NCBI GenBank assembly: GCA_964509615.1
Contig: CAZDXZ010000005.1
Span: 1 to 44,399 of the forward strand
Source: an uncultured Dehalococcoidales bacterium
GTDB taxonomy: Bacteria > Chloroflexota > Dehalococcoidia > GIF9 > UBA5629
DNA length: 44,399 nucleotides
Direction of reading: 5' to 3'
The notes under the pieces are model-generated. The model saw only the letters and a program-made list of their open reading frames with translations. It did no database searches and was not told the DNA's origin. Positions 19,173 through 29,196 of this stretch are shown in pieces. Position numbers and translations under genes: made by a program. Numbering within the stretch: the stretch's first letter is position 1; each line of letters begins with the position of its first letter.

Positions 19173-21260
19173 TTAATGTACGACTTCTTCCAGCGTGACC
19201 TGAGAGGGATAGGTGCCGACCAGGGTGGGCAGAGACAGCACGGGTTTCTCGCTCCAGCCGACCCCGTTCAAATAGGCCTGCAATTCCTTTTTGAAGAAAA
19301 TGGGTATATCAGAGCTCTTCCTGACAAACAGGTGGACATCGTCCGGCAGCTTTCCGAAATACTGCTTGTGCAGGCCGATATAGTGTGTAAGCTTGGTAGC
19401 CCTGCCCTGGGGTGTATCGTTCCTGCGCATGCACAGCTTGGCCAGCGCCACGACAGCCGAACCCCTGTCGGGCAAAAGGTTGATCAGATGCTGGGGTGAA
19501 GGCTCCCCTGTATCCACGAGCTTCTTTTCGCGGCCGTCCATCACGCTCCAGTCTGTCTCACCTTCCCTGCTCAAATAGAGCCGGCCATACCGGATGCAGC
19601 GTGGGCCGACCACGACGGGTATGCCCAGGCGGTTACAACCGGTGGCCAGGGCCAGCTCATCGGCGCCGTTGGCGCCCCAGGCCAGCGCGCAGGCCCCCAC
19701 CCGGTTGAGTATGTAATCAGCCACAACCTCGTAGTTGGCTCTCAACGGCAGGGCGGCAAAGATGTTGGCTATTTTTATGGCCGCGCCGCTGATATGCGAC
19801 GCCGAGACGCCGGAGCCTATATTGATCACACCTCCGGCATCGAAATCGGCGGGATACCTTTCATAGATGGACTTCCCCTCGGCGTCTGTTTTAAGGGCCG
19901 CAGCAATAGCGGAATCCCCGGCCAGCGCGACCACGTACTTGCGCTTTGCGAATTCCTCGGCCACATCCGCTATATCATCGGGCGAACCGGGATAGTTCGA
20001 TCCCCCAACGATGGCGATGACACCCGGTATAGTCCCCAGCACCAGCGGCGCCCCCACCTTCCTTATCTCGGTATCCATGACCGGCCCGCGGCCTACCCTC
20101 ATCCTGCCCTTTCCCCGGTAAAAATCATCTCCCGCCGGCAGGGCCTTCTTGCGGCCGGCCGAAAGCTTCAGGGCCGCCTCCACAGCCACTGCGGCGGCCT
20201 TCACGGGGTCGGGCAGCAGAATGCCCCGTCCCCGCTGCAGCTCCACCAGGACCTGCTCGGTATCTCTGGCTGATTGGTCGTCCAGTCCGTAAGAGGCCAG
20301 CTCATCGGTGGCAATGAAGGCGGCGCCCCCGGCTATGGCCAGATCTGCTACGTCGGAAAGCAGGTTGTTGCCGCCGCACATTACCACATCCACCAGCCCC
20401 GCCCTTAAAATGGCCGGCAGCATAGCCTGAGTCCCGGCTATCCCGGCGGCGGGGTAATAGCGCACCAGGTCATGGGCCACCGCTCCGATGCCCAGTACCG
20501 CCACTTTCCCCTCCATCCCGCTGTCCCTGAGGTAGTCGGCCAGGCAGACGGCTGCCAGCGTATCGTTACCCGTAATCAATATGACAGGTCCGTTTAAATC
20601 CACCTCCGCCCAACCTACCTTTACCAGGGCGGTGTCGCCGGTGGAGCAGGGAAAGCCGAATCCCGAAATAGCGGCCAGCTCTGTCGCCTCCATAGCAACC
20701 TGGGCCAGCATCGAGGCGTGCATGGACCTGGACTCCAGGTCTATTGACGCCGTTTCCAATCCGGGAGCGGAAGAAGCCAGCAGCAGGGCAAGCTGTTCCT
20801 CGACATAACATAAAATGCTTTCCAGGTCGCCTAACAGAGTTGGTTTGAAGCCCAATACCGTGCGCATGTGGGGCGCTTCGATGCCGACCCTTTCGCCAAG
20901 GTCGAGCGGCATATCCCTGCCCTTGCGGTCCACCAGATAATCAATGGTCCGGCGCGCCTGCGCCAGGGACTGGGCCAGGCCTTCGCAGCAGGCGCCCAGG
21001 GTGAGGCAGGCCCGCATAGCCGCAGTGTCAGCGCCGCAGGCGCCTTTTCTGCCCTCAGTGAGGTCGCATTCCCCGTAGGTGCAGAGGCCGCATTTGTCGG
21101 CTACCGGCACGTGAAAGGGCTTCCATGTCCTGAAAAGCCTGTGGTCCCAGTTTCTCAGCTCCGCGATCCCGGGCAGAGGCGTATGCCCGACTGGCTCCCA
21201 GCCGTCCTCGGCCCTGATGAACTCATCCGCCTCCCGTTTCTGCCTCTCGTTTCTCACCAC
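19173..21260 (-). CDS. cdhA: Archaeal-type CO dehydrogenase alpha subunit homolog (CdhA), predicted catalytically inactive
   Basis: WEPVGHTPLPGIAELRNWD, CxxCTYGxCDL...GACG, GRGPV.D.EIR.VGAPLVLGTIPG, YILNRVGAC..AWGA, AKLCMR.NDT..GR..KLTHY. The C-cluster ligands are substituted (see findings). Confidence 0.88.
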   Translation of the reverse strand: MVRNERQKREADEFIRAEDGWEPVGHTPLPGIAELRNWDHRLFRTWKPFHVPVADKCGLCTYGECDLTEGRKGACGADTAAMRACLTLGACCEGLAQSLAQARRTIDYLVDRKGRDMPLDLGERVGIEAPHMRTVLGFKPTLLGDLESILCYVEEQLALLLASSAPGLETASIDLESRSMHASMLAQVAMEATELAAISGFGFPCSTGDTALVKVGWAEVDLNGPVILITGNDTLAAVCLADYLRDSGMEGKVAVLGIGAVAHDLVRYYPAAGIAGTQAMLPAILRAGLVDVVMCGGNNLLSDVADLAIAGGAAFIATDELASYGLDDQSARDTEQVLVELQRGRGILLPDPVKAAAVAVEAALKLSAGRKKALPAGDDFYRGKGRMRVGRGPVMDTEIRKVGAPLVLGTIPGVIAIVGGSNYPGSPDDIADVAEEFAKRKYVVALAGDSAIAAALKTDAEGKSIYERYPADFDAGGVINIGSGVSASHISGAAIKIANIFAALPLRANYEVVADYILNRVGACALAWGANGADELALATGCNRLGIPVVVGPRCIRYGRLYLSREGETDWSVMDGREKKLVDTGEPSPQHLINLLPDRGSAVVALAKLCMRRNDTPQGRATKLTHYIGLHKQYFGKLPDDVHLFVRKSSDIPIFFKKELQAYLNGVGWSEKPVLSLPTLVGTYPSQVTLEEVVH

Positions 21261-21269
21261 GCGAGCCTC

Positions 21270-22175
21270 CTATATCTTGCCCTCGATCGCTTCCTTAAGT
21301 AACCGGCAGTTTTCCGGATGCCTGAGCACCAGTATATCCGCGCCGGCCATAAGCAGGCTCAGGGCGGTAATGCTCTCCCAGAGCAAGCCCTGCTCGCCAT
21401 TTGAGCGGGCCTGGTTGGTCTTCCAGCACTCGCGGCCCAGGTCGGCAATAACAGGCATCTGCATGGCCACGTCACCATATACAACACCTACCTGCCTGGT
21501 TCGCTCCATGATGGTGAAGCTGTACTCCATCCCGTAACCCAGCGCCGAGCTGAGCGGGTCGATGACTATTCGTTCCGGAGGGAGCTGCTTGAGCAATTTC
21601 ACATTGAGTTCCTTCTCAAGATTGATATCTATGGGGGTCTGGGCAATGATGCAGTGCCCGTTGTCGGCCACCGCCTTCAGTATAGCCTCGTAATTCTCCT
21701 TGACGGCCGGGCCCAACAGCAGATTATTTTCTTTGCAGGCCTCCGCAACGGCCGTCAGCACCTCGACATCCTTCTTATCATCCCCGCAGCCGTATACTAT
21801 CAAAGGCGCATCCAGTTCCCGGGACATCCGTTTGACCAGCGCAGCCGCCTCCGCCGGTGCTTTGTTCGCGCCGTTGGGATCGGTGCCCTCCAGGTGCAGG
21901 CAAACCAGGTCCGCGCCCAGCTTCAAACAGAGAGCGCCCCACTTGACCGGGTCATCGACCACATGCCTGAAAGGTTCCACGGCGGCCCCGGCCCAACCGG
22001 CGGCCCCATTATCGTCCACCTCGAGCGCCACCACCGGCCTGTTGGCGGCGCTGCCTTCGAAATGGTGCAGGGGCAGTATATTGCTGCCCCCGATCTTTAC
22101 GCTTTTCCCGCCACTGCCAAGGGTGATCTCTTTGACCCTGCCCGTATACTTTTCCAGAGGCGCTTTATATTCCAT
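21270..22175 (-). CDS. acsD: Corrinoid iron-sulfur protein small subunit (AcsD/CdhD)
   Basis: YTGRVKEITLG, KIGG..ILP, TPIDINL.KELN, IDP...ALGYGMEYS, GADILVLRHP. Confidence 0.93.
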   Translation of the reverse strand: MEYKAPLEKYTGRVKEITLGSGGKSVKIGGSNILPLHHFEGSAANRPVVALEVDDNGAAGWAGAAVEPFRHVVDDPVKWGALCLKLGADLVCLHLEGTDPNGANKAPAEAAALVKRMSRELDAPLIVYGCGDDKKDVEVLTAVAEACKENNLLLGPAVKENYEAILKAVADNGHCIIAQTPIDINLEKELNVKLLKQLPPERIVIDPLSSALGYGMEYSFTIMERTRQVGVVYGDVAMQMPVIADLGRECWKTNQARSNGEQGLLWESITALSLLMAGADILVLRHPENCRLLKEAIEGKI

Positions 22176-22189
22176 AAGGATTTCCTCGA

Positions 22190-23068
22190 CTAACTCTCCA
22201 GCCAGGCGTGCGAATAAAGCGCATCCCCCATCAATACCCTGGCTGTTTTCACATAATTCTTTTCACTCTCGGGCAGCACATCGGCGTCGACCGGTTCTCC
22301 ATCCATTACCCTGTGGATAAGCACCCTTATATCGTTCAGCGAGCCCCGGTTGAGGTCAATCAATTCCTGATCGAGGACGTCTGCAATAGCGGAGTAAAGT
22401 CCGTTTCTTTCCAGCATAACCATATAAGTGCGGTTAAGTATGCCGCGCAGAGGAGCGGGTGTGCCGTTGGATACATTTGAAAGGCCGACCACCGATTTCA
22501 CGCCCGGCAGCAGGTCGGGCAAGATGCGGATGAATTCCAGCGCCTCGCGCACTTGTTTCTGGTCGGCGCTGACGGGCAGTACTATCGGGTCCACCCAGAT
22601 ATCCTCGTTATCGATGCCCAGGCCGTTAGCATAGGCCACCGTCTCCATGATGCTCTCGACCCTGGAATCGACATCGGGCGGGCAGCCCTGGTCAGTGATA
22701 ACCGAGATAACCACCTGGGTGTGGTATTTTACCGCCTGCGGCATCATCCTTTCCCTGCTTTCAGTTTTGCCCGACGCCGAGTTCAGCAGGGCGCGCCTCC
22801 GGCACAGCTTCAATCCCGCCTCCATGGCCAGGGGATTCATCGTATCCAGGGATATAGGCAGGTCGCTTACCGCCTGTACGGCATTTACCAGCCACGAGGC
22901 CACCTCTTCGGGATCTTTACGCGCCGGGCCCAGGTTCAGGTCGAGATAGTCGGCGCCGGCCCGCGCCTGCGCCCTGGCCAGCTCCTGTATGGGCACAATA
23001 TCCCTGTTCCTGACAGCCTCGCTGATTACCTTGGCTATGATATGGATGTTTTCGCCTATTAAGATCAT
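22190..23068 (-). CDS. acsE: Methyltetrahydrofolate:corrinoid Fe-S protein methyltransferase (AcsE, pterin-binding)
   Basis: MILIGENI, GADYLDLNLG, SLDT, LLNS, IWVDP, GLSNVS; first gene of the ACS cluster. Confidence 0.88.
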   Translation of the reverse strand: MILIGENIHIIAKVISEAVRNRDIVPIQELARAQARAGADYLDLNLGPARKDPEEVASWLVNAVQAVSDLPISLDTMNPLAMEAGLKLCRRRALLNSASGKTESRERMMPQAVKYHTQVVISVITDQGCPPDVDSRVESIMETVAYANGLGIDNEDIWVDPIVLPVSADQKQVREALEFIRILPDLLPGVKSVVGLSNVSNGTPAPLRGILNRTYMVMLERNGLYSAIADVLDQELIDLNRGSLNDIRVLIHRVMDGEPVDADVLPESEKNYVKTARVLMGDALYSHAWLES

Positions 23069-23098
23069 GATCTATGCGATGGAAATGAAATTACGTGA

Positions 23099-23128
23099 AT
23101 TCTAACATCGATTATATTGGGTCGGCAA
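23099..23128 (-). promoter_or_regulatory. Putative sigma70 promoter of the acsE-acsD-cdhA operon
   Basis: Minus strand TTGCCG-N18-TAGAAT with an extended -10 TG (TGtTAGAAT). Confidence 0.45.
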
Positions 23129-23176
23129 GGCAATGCCGGCCGCCCGTACAGGTTCAAAATAACGTATAATTGTTGC

Positions 23177-23635
23177 ATGTCTGCTATAGACAAGATCCTC
23201 ATCCATTGCGACGGCGCCTGCTCGGGCAACCAGTACCGCTGCAATGTAGGCGGGTGGGGCGCCGTGCTGCAGCAGGACAGCCGAACAAAAGAGATATACG
23301 GCGGAGAGAAGAACACCACCAACCAGCGCATGGAGCTGACCGCCTGCATCAAGGCGTTGGAACAGATCAAGTCGAAGAAGTATACGGTGGAGGTCTACAC
23401 GGACAGCGCCTACCTGGCCAATTGCATGCAAAGAAAATGGTACGCGACCTGGCAAAAGAACGGCTGGCACAACGCCGCCAGGAAACCTGTGGAGAACCGC
23501 GACCTGTGGAAACGGCTCCTTTCCCTGACCTCTTTATATAAGGTTAAATTCATTAAGGTGGCGGGACATTCCGGAAACAAACTGAACGAGCGGGCGGATG
23601 AGCTCGCCCGCCAGGGTATCCGCGATGCCGGATAA
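23177..23635 (+). CDS. rnhA: Ribonuclease HI
   Basis: CDGACSGN, GGWG, TTNQRMEL, YTDSAY, PVENRDLW, KVAGHSG...NERADELA; ATG 23177 preferred over the ORF-track start 23117. Confidence 0.95.
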   Translation: MSAIDKILIHCDGACSGNQYRCNVGGWGAVLQQDSRTKEIYGGEKNTTNQRMELTACIKALEQIKSKKYTVEVYTDSAYLANCMQRKWYATWQKNGWHNAARKPVENRDLWKRLLSLTSLYKVKFIKVAGHSGNKLNERADELARQGIRDAG

Positions 23636-23669
23636 GCTATCGCAGCCTGATGCATTTCAAATCAGGATA

Positions 23670-23736
23670 TGCTATACTATTCTCTGAAATTGCAACTCCT
23701 TGTGTGCCTAGCTTGAGCAAACACAATATATTGTGA
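23670..23736 (+). promoter_or_regulatory. gyrB promoter (extended -10) followed by tandem NrdR-like boxes
   Basis: TGcTATACT at 23670-23678; ACACAATATATTGTGA at 23721-23736; weaker TTGCAACTCCTTGTGT at 23690-23705, 31 bp upstream. Confidence 0.65.
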
Positions 23737-23803
23737 TGCTTATCTTAATGCCTCGCTTGCCGGGGGATTTTGGACGGGCGATATTCAGTGTGAGAGATAA
23801 ACC

Positions 23804-25723
<1,920 letters not shown>

Positions 25724-25734
25724 CCTTCCCTGGA

Positions 25735-26337
25735 TCAGGCCGTATACAGTTTGTGCTCGATTATGTATTGGCCGACGGCATCAGGTACCAGATAGCGCAC
25801 CGATTTCCCCTCTTTAATCCTCTGCCTGATACACGTGGAGCTTATGCTCAGATAGGGCTCGTCCATATAGATGATCCTCTCGGCACTGCCCGGCATAGCC
25901 TTTTCAAGCTCCGCCGGATCAGGCCTGTCGGCTCCGGGACGCGGGAAAGCCACAAATCTGACCATCTTCGATAGCCGGTAGGGCGCCTTCCAGGAGGTCA
26001 GTTCGGCCATGCTGTCCCACCCCAGCAGCAAGAATATGTCTGCATTGTGCCCCATTTCCACTGTCAGCTGCTCCACCGTATCGACTGTATAAGAAGGACC
26101 CGGCCTGTCTACCTCTATCAAAGACAGGCTGAATGACGGATTTAAATTGATGGCCAGGCCGACCATCTCTGCTCTTTTGCCAGCAGGAGTAACCGTTTGC
26201 GTGGATTTCATCCAGGGATCGCCGGCAGGTATGAAGACCACCCTGTCGAGCTGCAGCCCCGCCCTTGCCATCTCGGCGATGACCAGGTGTGCCAGATGAG
26301 GCGGATCGAATGTGCCGCCCATTATCCCCAGTCTCAT
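25735..26337 (-). CDS. nadD: Nicotinate-nucleotide adenylyltransferase
   Basis: GGTFDPPHLAH, SYTVDT, ISSTCIR. Confidence 0.95.
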   Translation of the reverse strand: MRLGIMGGTFDPPHLAHLVIAEMARAGLQLDRVVFIPAGDPWMKSTQTVTPAGKRAEMVGLAINLNPSFSLSLIEVDRPGPSYTVDTVEQLTVEMGHNADIFLLLGWDSMAELTSWKAPYRLSKMVRFVAFPRPGADRPDPAELEKAMPGSAERIIYMDEPYLSISSTCIRQRIKEGKSVRYLVPDAVGQYIIEHKLYTA

Positions 26338-27401
26338 TTTCTCTCTCGCTGGTCCACAGGCTCTGGCCTGAAGACCACCTCCGCCGCCGGCTCGTCGGTC
26401 GGTCTGCTCCTCGTTTCCTTCACCGCGCGGTGCACCTGTGTGACCAGTGTATCCAGACCCTCTTTATCCAGCGAAGATACTATTATACAGGGCAATCCCG
26501 TTGCAGCCAGCTTCTTATTAACATAATCTTCCAGCGATAGCCTATTAGTGCTGTCCACTTTATTGATTACGATGACTGACGCTTTTTGCCCCAGATTTTC
26601 ATCAAAGGCTGAAACCTCATCCCTTAATGTGTCAAAGTCGTCTTTAAGATCGCTGGATCCTGCGTCAAGCAGGTATACAATAACGGAGGCGCGTACGGCC
26701 TGGTTGAGAAAAGTGTTACCCAGCCCTTTGCCCAATCTGGAATCCTTTGTGAGCGCGGGCAGCTCGACCCATATCAGCTTATTCACGCCATCATCAACCA
26801 CACCCAGGACAGGTGTCCTCGTTGTGAACCGGTAATCGGCGATTTCCGGACGGGCTGACGACAGCGCTGACAGCAATGTGGACTTGCCGCTATTTGTAAA
26901 TCCCACTATACAGGCGTCGACCACCAGGCTCATCCGCAGCATTATGTCAAACTGCTGGCCTTCCTCACCCTGTTGGAACATTCTCGGCGCCTTCCTAGTA
27001 GATGTCGCAAAATGCACATTGCCTCTCCCACCTCTCCCGCCTTTAGCCAGCAGGGCCTTTTGACCGTCCCTGACCATGTCCGCCACAAGCAGCTCCCGCC
27101 CGCTGTCAACAATGTAAGCGACTGTGCCCACCGGCACCCTTATAATCAGGCTGGCGGCATTTGTGCCGTGCATACGGTTCTTGCCCCCATCTCCACCGTT
27201 GTCCGCTTTAAACAGACGTTTATGTTTGAAAGACACAAGGCTCTCCAGATTGCTGTCGGCACATATATAAATATCCCCGCCTTTTCCTCCATCCCCACCA
27301 TCAGGACCTCCGAAAGGAAGAAACTTCTCCCTTCTAAAACTGGCAAGCCCGTTGCCGCCCTGACCGGCCCTGACCTGAATTTCTACATTATCAACAAACA
27401 T
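26334..27401 (-). CDS. obgE: Obg-family GTPase ObgE/CgtA (divergent G3, no C-terminal domain)
   Basis: MFVD...AGQGGNG..SFRREKF.PFGGPDGGDGGKGG Obg fold; G1 GFTNSGKST, G2 FTT, G4 NKVD. Confidence 0.93.
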   Translation of the reverse strand: MFVDNVEIQVRAGQGGNGLASFRREKFLPFGGPDGGDGGKGGDIYICADSNLESLVSFKHKRLFKADNGGDGGKNRMHGTNAASLIIRVPVGTVAYIVDSGRELLVADMVRDGQKALLAKGGRGGRGNVHFATSTRKAPRMFQQGEEGQQFDIMLRMSLVVDACIVGFTNSGKSTLLSALSSARPEIADYRFTTRTPVLGVVDDGVNKLIWVELPALTKDSRLGKGLGNTFLNQAVRASVIVYLLDAGSSDLKDDFDTLRDEVSAFDENLGQKASVIVINKVDSTNRLSLEDYVNKKLAATGLPCIIVSSLDKEGLDTLVTQVHRAVKETRSRPTDEPAAEVVFRPEPVDQRERK

Positions 27402-27591
27402 ATATTTTATTGTATTTTATTCTATCTGTAGGTTATATGTAAGTATAATCATAGTCATTATAAGAGGGTTAATGGTGTGGATGGGAACGCAAGATAGAGA
27501 GACGAGCGGTCCGATAGTGAAAACGAGTGTTTAAAGAAGGACGCAAGTTATCAACAAAACAGGGAGAATTTTCCACAACCTGCCAACAGGT
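27388..27591. other. Putative replication origin (oriC) downstream of dnaA
   Basis: DnaA-box-like TTTTCCACA 27569-27577, TTATCAACA 27548-27556 and 27388-27396, TGTGGATGG 27476-27484; AT-rich tract 27402-27464. Gene orientation is mostly minus to the left and plus to the right. Confidence 0.65.
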
Positions 27592-28953
27592 CTAGGAAGA
27601 ACGGCGGGATTTCAACATCAGGCGGATGTCTTCGATGGACTTGCTGAGCTGGGAATCGGAGCCTATGTTCGTGGCAATCCTGTCATAGCCGTGTATAACG
27701 GTTGAATGGTCACGATTGCCGAGAACCCTGCCGATCTCGGCAAGGTTGTTGTGATTCTGCTGGCGTAAAAGGTACATAACTATATGGCGTGCGCGGGAGG
27801 TCTTAAGGTCTCTCTTTTTGCCCGTTATGTCATCCGGCGCGATTGCGAAATAGTCGGCGACCGCGTTGATAATATCGGCGGCGGTATAATGGCCGCTGCT
27901 CTGCCTGGAAGCAGCTATCATGTCGTTGAGAAACGTCTTGACGGCGCTGACGTCGAGCGTCGTATCGTTCATGCGGGAATAGGTGGAAAGACGGATGAGC
28001 GCACCTTCCAGGACCCTGACGCTTCCATGGAAGTTGGTCGCCAGGAAATTGAGCACATCGGCATCGAACCTTATTTGCAGCAGTGACGATTTAAGATCGA
28101 GTATAGCCAGGCGCGTTTTATGGTCGGGAGGATAGATATCGGCCACCAGACCCCCTTCCATGCGGGAGCGCAGCCGTACATTAAGTGATTCGATCTCTTT
28201 GGGAGGTCGATCGCAAGAAATTACGACCTGGCGGTTATCTGCTAAGAAGTCGTTAATAATGTGAAAAATGCATTCCTGTGTTTGATTTTTCCCGCTGAGG
28301 AACTGTATATCATCCAGCAGGAAAACCTCGACCCTGCTGAACTTACCCCGGAATTCCTCGGCCTTTTTATTGCGAATGGCGATAATGAACTCATTGGTGA
28401 ATTGCTCGGCGCTCATATACAGGACATTTAACCCTCTGGACCTGGCTGCCTGTCCTATCGCATGCAGAAGATGGGTTTTGCCGGTGCCGGTGCCGCCGTA
28501 TATATAAAGGGGATTGAAAACCCCTCCGGGATTCTCAGCTATCTCAAGCGAGGCGGTATAAGGTAACAGGTTACACTCTCCCGAAACATATGTATCGAAG
28601 GTGAACTTAGTATTGAATCCGGTTGTCCTGGTTGAAGCTGGACGTTCTTTAACGCTGGTTCCACCGTCGGGCTGTAACCTGTTTCTAGCGGGAGCAGGTT
28701 CCCGGTTGACAGCCTGGACCTGGAAAACAACTTCGGTAATCCTGCCAGTGATGCTGGAAAGTATTCTGCAGACGACAGAATAGAGCCGCCCTTTAAGCCA
28801 TTCGGCGATAAAGACAGAGGGAACAGCTACGGTAAAAACGCCGTTGTCGTAGTCGATTCCCCTCGAATCCTTGAGCCACGTATTATAATTTGCTTTGCTG
28901 ACCTGGATCTGAAGTTCACCCAGGGCCGCCTGCCACATTTTATCAGCTTGCAT
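27592..28953 (-). CDS. dnaA: Chromosomal replication initiator DnaA
   Basis: Start ATG 28953 (AAGAGG upstream); NPLYIYGGTGTGKTHLL, LLDDIQFL, RLRSR..GGL, ARHIVMYL, RDHSTVIH. Confidence 0.97.
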   Translation of the reverse strand: MQADKMWQAALGELQIQVSKANYNTWLKDSRGIDYDNGVFTVAVPSVFIAEWLKGRLYSVVCRILSSITGRITEVVFQVQAVNREPAPARNRLQPDGGTSVKERPASTRTTGFNTKFTFDTYVSGECNLLPYTASLEIAENPGGVFNPLYIYGGTGTGKTHLLHAIGQAARSRGLNVLYMSAEQFTNEFIIAIRNKKAEEFRGKFSRVEVFLLDDIQFLSGKNQTQECIFHIINDFLADNRQVVISCDRPPKEIESLNVRLRSRMEGGLVADIYPPDHKTRLAILDLKSSLLQIRFDADVLNFLATNFHGSVRVLEGALIRLSTYSRMNDTTLDVSAVKTFLNDMIAASRQSSGHYTAADIINAVADYFAIAPDDITGKKRDLKTSRARHIVMYLLRQQNHNNLAEIGRVLGNRDHSTVIHGYDRIATNIGSDSQLSKSIEDIRLMLKSRRSS

Positions 28954-29117
28954 TTGCCTCTTAACCGTACTATATTTTTGCTCGGGTTTCCCGTAAAAAA
29001 GAAAAAAAAGTCCCACTATGAAACGATAAATGCAGACTTTTTGTTTAGTTAGTGTATAAGCCGTTGAAACTTTAATGTCTGCCGGATATGCCGCGGTCCT
29101 CTTCCCAAACCGTAGAT

Positions 29118-29185
29118 AGATTACCACAGGGGTCTTCGGCAGTGTCAATGGTTATTTTGACATAACGACAAAAAACTTTTAATTT
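29118..29185. promoter_or_regulatory. Back-to-back -35 hexamers for divergent dnaA and fmt promoters
   Basis: TGTCAA (29143-29148)-N8-TTGACA (29157-29162). Plus-strand TAATTT at 29180-29185 (N17); minus-strand TGgTAATCT at 29126-29118. Confidence 0.4.
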
Positions 29186-29196
29186 TTTATTAGATT

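Noticed and set aside
19173-21260. cdhA as a pseudogene, or Cys loss explained by selenocysteine recoding
   Set aside because: No frameshift or in-frame stop/TGA; the substituted codons are ordinary sense codons; RBS and operon spacing are intact.
28954-29148. 65-aa N-terminal extension of DnaA in the ORF track
   Set aside because: AT-rich promoter-like DNA; the TTG 'start' is part of a TTGACA hexamer. ATG 28953 has an RBS and gives a normal-length DnaA.
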